From contig OY782041.1 in NCBI GenBank assembly GCA_963677595.1, forward strand, positions 4,261,377 to 4,325,376: a stretch of 64,000 nucleotides of DNA, written 5' to 3'. Shown here one piece after another: positions 58,670 to 64,000 of this stretch. Positions within the stretch are counted from its first letter, which is position 1. The number at the start of each line of letters is the position of its first letter. The position numbers and the translations under genes were made by a program. Under the pieces are notes generated by a model. The model was not told the origin of the DNA, did not search any database, and saw only the letters and a list, made by a program, of their open reading frames with translations. Source of the stretch: Spirochaetia bacterium (GTDB taxonomy: Bacteria; Spirochaetota; Spirochaetia; CAKZLE01).

Positions 58670-59231
58670 GGTTTCGTACCGTCCTCATTCCGTGGATCGT
58701 CAGCCCGAGGGCTGCGGTGAAGATGATGACCAGGGCCGCATGGACATCGAAGAACCAGACAGCAGTGAAGCTCGCTGCCGCCAATACCGCCTTGAAGGGC
58801 GAGGTCAGCACCTTCTTCCCCAGCCTGATACCTGCCAGGCCGATCATGGCGGTAACCCCTGAACGGATCCCCATGAACGCCCCCTGGATGTAGAGGTTGT
58901 CCTGTACGGAGACATAGAACAGGGCGAAGATGGTGATGATGATCAGGGACGGGAGCATCATGCCGATCGCGGCAAGGACTGCCCCGGGAAGCCCGGCGAC
59001 CTTATAGCCGATGAACATCGAGGTATTGAAGGCGATCACCCCTGGAAGGGACTGCACGATCGCGAGGATGTCGATCATCTCCTCCTCGCTCACCCACTTG
59101 CGCCTGGAGACGAACTCCTTCTCGATGATCGGGAGCATGGCTAGCCCGCCGCCTATGGTGAAGGCGCCGATACGGAAGAAGGTCTCGAGAAGGATCAATG
59201 ATCGCTTGAACGGTGAAATATCAGCATACAT
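58656..59231 (-). CDS. Short-chain chromate transporter (CHR) subunit
   Basis: FTIGGGLAM, QSLPGVIAFN. Confidence 0.9.
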   Translation of the reverse strand: MYADISPFKRSLILLETFFRIGAFTIGGGLAMLPIIEKEFVSRRKWVSEEEMIDILAIVQSLPGVIAFNTSMFIGYKVAGLPGAVLAAIGMMLPSLIIITIFALFYVSVQDNLYIQGAFMGIRSGVTAMIGLAGIRLGKKVLTSPFKAVLAAASFTAVWFFDVHAALVIIFTAALGLTIHGMRTVRNHGNT

Positions 59232-59308
59232 GCAGGGGTTCCCTCTGTGTTACGTGGTTGGACACAGTATACCGGGAACCCCTGTATTATGCAATCTTAC
59301 GAGTGTCG

Positions 59309-60013
59309 TTAGTTGCGTCTTCCGAATATCCTGAGGATGAAGAGGAAGATGTTGATGAAGTCGAGATAGAGCTTGAGTGCTCCCATGATCGAGAGCTTCA
59401 CATAGGTCTCTTCGTCCATCGAGGAGCCGTAGGTGTCATTCCATCGCCTGATCGTCTGGGTATCCCAGGCGGTGAGACCGAGGAAGATGAGCACCCCGAC
59501 GTAGGAGATCAGGTAGTAGGTGGTCGAACTGCCGATGAAGAGGTTGATGACGCTGGCGATGATGATGCCCCACAGCCCCATGATCAGGTAGTGGCCCATG
59601 CCGTCAAGCGACCGCTTCGTGGTCATGCCGAAGAGGCTCATCCCGGCGAAGGCTGCCGCGGTGGTGAAGAACGCCCGTGATATGACCATGCCCGTATAGG
59701 CTAAGAAGATGCTCGAGAGGACGATCCCGTTGACAGCGGCATAGCCGATGAATGCCAGCACCGCCGACTGGGCGCTCATCTTGTCGAGACGAGAGGAGAT
59801 GTAGATCACCAGCCCCAGCTCTGCGAAGATGAGGAGGAGGAAGACTCCCGGAGTACCAAAGATGGCCCTAAGGAGCGTCGGTGAGGATGCCACGAAATAG
59901 GCGACGATGCCGGTGAGGGCGAGCCCCCCGGTCATCCAGAGATATACGTTCCGCAGGATGTTCCGTTCCCTGACGATCGGGTTCTGCAGGATCTGTTCAC
60001 GTGAATAGGCCAT
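59309..60013 (-). CDS. Bax inhibitor-1/YccA family membrane protein
   Basis: NVYLWM, LTAWDTQ, GALKLYLDFINIF. Confidence 0.92.
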   Translation of the reverse strand: MAYSREQILQNPIVRERNILRNVYLWMTGGLALTGIVAYFVASSPTLLRAIFGTPGVFLLLIFAELGLVIYISSRLDKMSAQSAVLAFIGYAAVNGIVLSSIFLAYTGMVISRAFFTTAAAFAGMSLFGMTTKRSLDGMGHYLIMGLWGIIIASVINLFIGSSTTYYLISYVGVLIFLGLTAWDTQTIRRWNDTYGSSMDEETYVKLSIMGALKLYLDFINIFLFILRIFGRRN

Positions 60014-60089
60014 GTGTGTACCTCCATGCGTATGGTCTGTTATAAGAATCATCACTATTCGAGAAAAAATCAATAGAGATTATGATTTC

Positions 60090-61502
60090 TCAATCAAAAT
60101 ACCAGGGATGGTCACTCCCGTCCCGGGAGATTCCGTAGATCGTGTCCTTGAAATCCCAGAAGAGGAAATCGACCCCCGTCTCAGCGGCAAGGGCCCTCGC
60201 CTCATCGGCGAACTCCATATAGTCCGAGGTGATCATGATATAGTCCGGCTCATAGCGCCGGATGATCTCGGACATCTCCGCCTCGAAGAGGGGATAGATG
60301 AACCCTGACCCGAGAAGGAACGAGGGAAGTCCCGGGAAGTTGAGGGCGGCGAGCCCCCAGCTCTCATCCTCCCTGATCATCTCCTTCAGGAGATCAGCAT
60401 TCTTGTAATAGAGGGTCATGTAGCTTACCGGGGTACTGTCAGAGAACTCCTCCCTCGCTGAGTCGAGGAACTGCTGCATAGCCTCCTCCCCCTCCCCGAT
60501 GAGCTTCACCTCCAACAGGGTACCTCCCCGTTCGCGGAAGGGGATGAGGGTGTCTGCCACCTCCTGCATCGTGAGGGCCCGCGTCCCGGCGAAATCGCTG
60601 GAGAACCACCTCCCCATGTCCAGACGTGAGATCTCACCGGAGGTGAGCTCATCGATCGAGTCGAACATGCCGATGTACCGCAGGAAGGAGAGGTCATGGA
60701 TCGCCATGTACTCCCCGTCCGAGGTGACGTTCATGTCTGTCTCGATGAACGTGATATCGTCCCGCTCCAGTGCATAGAGGAGCGCCGCCGCCGAGTTCTC
60801 GGGAGCATGCATCATCGTGCCGCGGTGAGCTCCGACATAGTCCCACTCCAACTCTGCTGCACGGTCGAGGGGCGGGTCGTAATGGGAGATGCCCGCCGCG
60901 AGGGTCACACCAAAACCTTCTGATACCGAGCACCGGAGGCTCAGGAACCGGTCGACTCGCACATCGAGCGTCACATCCCAGTCGAGCAGGCTCCCCTCAC
61001 CGATCCCGTAGACCGTCTCCCCGCGGAGCGTGAACCCCTCAGTCGACCAGGTGAGGGCATTCTGGAACCTCATGGTATCCTCATAGAAGCGGAATCCATG
61101 CGACAGGTTGCCGAACCGGGACCCGATGGTGAGGAATTTGTCCACGGAACGGTCCCCGAACATATCGAGGGTGACGCCGATCGATACGGTCTGCAGCAGG
61201 TTGAAGGTATTGTAGGCATCAAAATAGCCGAACTGGGTATCGGTACCGAACCCGAAGAAGAAGGGCGTGGGACGGTGCATGGGAAGTCCGGAGAGGACCG
61301 AGAAGTGCCCCGGATGGATATCGAGGATCAGGGGGAAGTCCCCGGTGAAGATGTCGTAATAGATCTCCCCTGCACCCTCCTCTGACAGGTAGGTGCCGCC
61401 TGCGAAGAGGTACTTCTCCTGGGAGGTCCTCCCGAGATCATAGGCATGGCAGAAAGAGATCCCCGCAAACAGCAGGAACCATGATATTCTCATTATTTTC
61501 AT
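60090..61502 (-). CDS. Glycerophosphodiester phosphodiesterase with long exported N-terminal extension
   Basis: AHRG..PENS, IETD, TSDG..AIHD in the C-half; signal peptide and about 200 aa aromatic/Gly-rich N-half. Confidence 0.75.
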   Translation of the reverse strand: MKIMRISWFLLFAGISFCHAYDLGRTSQEKYLFAGGTYLSEEGAGEIYYDIFTGDFPLILDIHPGHFSVLSGLPMHRPTPFFFGFGTDTQFGYFDAYNTFNLLQTVSIGVTLDMFGDRSVDKFLTIGSRFGNLSHGFRFYEDTMRFQNALTWSTEGFTLRGETVYGIGEGSLLDWDVTLDVRVDRFLSLRCSVSEGFGVTLAAGISHYDPPLDRAAELEWDYVGAHRGTMMHAPENSAAALLYALERDDITFIETDMNVTSDGEYMAIHDLSFLRYIGMFDSIDELTSGEISRLDMGRWFSSDFAGTRALTMQEVADTLIPFRERGGTLLEVKLIGEGEEAMQQFLDSAREEFSDSTPVSYMTLYYKNADLLKEMIREDESWGLAALNFPGLPSFLLGSGFIYPLFEAEMSEIIRRYEPDYIMITSDYMEFADEARALAAETGVDFLFWDFKDTIYGISRDGSDHPWYFD

Positions 61503-61603
61503 TAGGTTTCACCACAATATATACGCATTCACTCACCATCAAAAAGGCTATTCTTTCAGGAAACGGAATAAGTTTCAACCAGGTTCAGTCACATTCTCCA
61601 TCC

Positions 61604-61706
61604 CGACTGATTGCGACAGCAATTTGTAACACTGATTACAACAGCAATTTGTAACGACTAATTGCGACAGCAATTTGTAACGACTAATTGCGACAGCAAT
61701 TTGTCG
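61604..61706. repeat. Four tandem 25-26-bp units upstream of rarA
   Basis: Consensus CGACTAATTGCGACAGCAATTTGTAA at 61604, 61630, 61655 and 61681; no spacers. Confidence 0.9.
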
Positions 61707-61743
61707 CTTCTACTTTTCCCCCTCTTGTACTATAATCTTCCCC

Positions 61744-63927
61744 ATGGAACTATTCTCCTCGGCTTCAGAACAGGATCACCAGCCCCTCGCCTTCCGCATG
61801 CGTCCCCGCCATCTCGATGAGTACATGGGCCAGGATCATATCATCGGGGAGGGACGGCTGCTCAGGAGGGCGATCCAGGCAGACCAGCTCTCCTCGGTCA
61901 TCTTCTACGGTCCCCCGGGGACGGGGAAGACGACCCTGGCCCGGGTCATCGCAAACACGACGAAGAGTCACTTCTCGACCTTGAACGCAGTCCTCTCCGG
62001 GGTAAAGCAGCTCAGGGAAGAGATCGATGCGGCGAAGAACCGACTCGATTACTACCACAAGAAGACGATCCTCTTCATAGATGAGGTCCACCGCTGGAAC
62101 AAGTCGCAGCAGGACGCCCTGCTGCCCTGGGTAGAGAACGGGACTGTGATCCTCATCGGGGCCACCACGGAGAACCCCTATTTCGAGGTGAACGCCGCCC
62201 TCGTCAGCCGGAGCAGGATCTTCCAGCTCACGAGGCTGACCGAAGCAGACCTCCATGACATAGCCTGGCAGACGCTCCGGGACAAGGAGCGCGGCTACGG
62301 GAACTATGACATCACCTTCACTGAGGGCGCCCTCGACCACATCATCAACATCGCGAACGGGGACGCACGGAGCCTCCTCAACGCGCTGGAACTGGCGGTG
62401 GAGACCACGCCTGACGTCTTCCCTCCCCGGGAGGGAGAGAAGATCGTGATCACCAGGGAGGTCGCCGAGGAGAGCATCCAGCAGAAGATCGTCCTCTATG
62501 ACAAGGAAGGCGACTACCATTTCGACGTGATCAGTGCCTTCATCAAGTCGATCCGCGGGTCTGACCCTGATGCGGTCCTCTACTGGATGGCTAAGATGGT
62601 GAAGGCCGGCGAGGATCCCAAGTACATATTCCGGAGGATGCTCATATCAGCCTCGGAGGACATCGGCATGGCAGACCCCCATGCCCTCGGCGTCGTCACC
62701 TCAGCGGCGGAAGCCTTTGACCGGGTCGGCATGCCCGAGGGGCGCTACCACCTCACCCATGCTGCCCTATACCTGGCGACCGCCCCGAAGTCGAACAGCG
62801 CCCTCGGGTTCTTCTCCGCCCTGCAGCACCTTGAGAAGGAGTCGGATGCCGAAGTACCCAACCATCTGAAGGACAGCAGCCGGGACAAGGAGGGCTTCGG
62901 CCATGGCAAGGGGTACCAGTACCCCCACGCCTACCGTGACCACTGGGTCGCCCAGCAGTACCTGCCCGGCGGGCTTCAGGGGTCGGTCTTCTACGACCCC
63001 TCCGACCAGGGGTACGAGCAGACGATCCGGACTCTGGTCCAGAGCCGGCGGGAAGCACAGCTTGACGCCGCAGTACGCGAGCCATTCCCCGAGGTACTCA
63101 CCTTCAGCCCCCCGGACAGCACGAGAGACCATTGGCTCCAGAGGCTGATCACCTCCCGCGGGGAGACCTTCGCGGCCATCCGTTCGCGGCTCTTCGTCCC
63201 ACTTGCCCTCCAGCGGCATGACCGGGTGCTCGTCTTCGAGACGGGACGCGGCATGCTCACCTGGGAAGCCTGCAGGCAGACGCCCGAGGGGGGTGTGACC
63301 ACCATAACCGGCAGCCGGGAGCTGAAGCAGGAGATGACCGAGTACGCCAAGGGGCTCACCGAGCTTGACCGACCCCAGATCCTCGACCTTCCGGCAATCG
63401 CGGAGTTCACCGCTGAGGCGGTGGATGGGGGATTCGATGCCCTGGTCGGGCAGAATCTCTTCACGAGGCTGGAGGACCCGGTGCACTTCAGCCGGGAGCT
63501 TGCCCGGACTGCACGGCAGCTCTCCCTCTGCGAGATCATCCCGAATCGCTGCCAGCGCCTCTCACAGCTCTGCAGCGACCCTGAACAGCGGGAGCTGATG
63601 CTCGAGGCAGAACACCAGGTCTACGATGACTCCTCCCGGCCGATGATGCAGCTTTCCGAGGAGTACTTCTCCTCGCTCTTCAGGGAGGCAGGCTTCCAGG
63701 AGGTCGAGACCCGCCTGATGACGGTCTCCGAACGACGGAAGGTCTCACCGGACGACATCGAGAAGTGGTTCGCCAACACCTATGGGAAGGCCGTGCCCTT
63801 CGAGAAGCTCAACCTGCTCGAGGAGACCCGCAGGAGCCTTGAGTCATCCTATGGGGGGAAGGTGATTGACTGGCAGATCACCCTCTGCTTCATCACCGCC
63901 ATAGGGGCTCTCCAGAAGAAATCATGA
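61744..63927 (+). CDS. rarA: Replication-associated recombination protein RarA/MgsA with C-terminal methyltransferase-like extension
   Basis: [47 protein letters not shown]. Confidence 0.9.
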   Translation: MELFSSASEQDHQPLAFRMRPRHLDEYMGQDHIIGEGRLLRRAIQADQLSSVIFYGPPGTGKTTLARVIANTTKSHFSTLNAVLSGVKQLREEIDAAKNRLDYYHKKTILFIDEVHRWNKSQQDALLPWVENGTVILIGATTENPYFEVNAALVSRSRIFQLTRLTEADLHDIAWQTLRDKERGYGNYDITFTEGALDHIINIANGDARSLLNALELAVETTPDVFPPREGEKIVITREVAEESIQQKIVLYDKEGDYHFDVISAFIKSIRGSDPDAVLYWMAKMVKAGEDPKYIFRRMLISASEDIGMADPHALGVVTSAAEAFDRVGMPEGRYHLTHAALYLATAPKSNSALGFFSALQHLEKESDAEVPNHLKDSSRDKEGFGHGKGYQYPHAYRDHWVAQQYLPGGLQGSVFYDPSDQGYEQTIRTLVQSRREAQLDAAVREPFPEVLTFSPPDSTRDHWLQRLITSRGETFAAIRSRLFVPLALQRHDRVLVFETGRGMLTWEACRQTPEGGVTTITGSRELKQEMTEYAKGLTELDRPQILDLPAIAEFTAEAVDGGFDALVGQNLFTRLEDPVHFSRELARTARQLSLCEIIPNRCQRLSQLCSDPEQRELMLEAEHQVYDDSSRPMMQLSEEYFSSLFREAGFQEVETRLMTVSERRKVSPDDIEKWFANTYGKAVPFEKLNLLEETRRSLESSYGGKVIDWQITLCFITAIGALQKKS

Positions 63928-64000
63928 TTTGGGAAAAATTCCTATCTGAAAAGTATTGACAAAACAGGCGATTTCCAACATAGTACATCTCGTTCGAAAG

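Noticed and set aside
61604-61706. CRISPR array
   Set aside because: Repeats are directly adjacent with no unique spacers, and there are no cas genes in the window

Overview
About 64 kb of GC-rich bacterial chromosome, most likely from a free-living anaerobic spirochaete (inferred from the protein repertoire, not proven). Most of it is core metabolism and housekeeping: a ProW permease, ppiC, galM, a CYTH protein, tRNA-Met(CAT), an HD hydrolase, a TtcA-like gene, mutL, a serA-serC-Lrp-gcvT-gcvH-gcvPA-gcvPB run, rpsU, recO-thpR-recJ, a GH13 glucosidase, D-LDH, dapB-dapA-dapL-lysA, an acyl-CoA ligase, a sirtuin, a 55-aa 2[4Fe-4S] ferredoxin missing from the ORF track, xseAB-purU, an M29 aminopeptidase, a chromate transporter pair, YccA, a GDPD protein and rarA. 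Six things stand out. (1) A complete ISAs1-family element (46924-49050, terminal IRs, 9-bp target duplication) carries an extra upstream ORF resembling a catalytically gutted transposase of another family, plus a structured non-coding 3' segment. (2) A sigma-54 nitrogen-assimilation regulon (NifA-like activator, amt-PII, GS-III) has two -24/-12 promoters and five copies of a CCTACA-W4-TGTAGG operator. (3) A two-gene outer-membrane module holds three homologous barrel-like domains. (4) A CBS-kinase/DRTGG/PHP triad stands alone. (5) Many genes look leaderless. (6) Two small intergenic repeat clusters are present. No CRISPR array, rRNA or prophage was seen. All calls come from reading the sequence; no searches were run.
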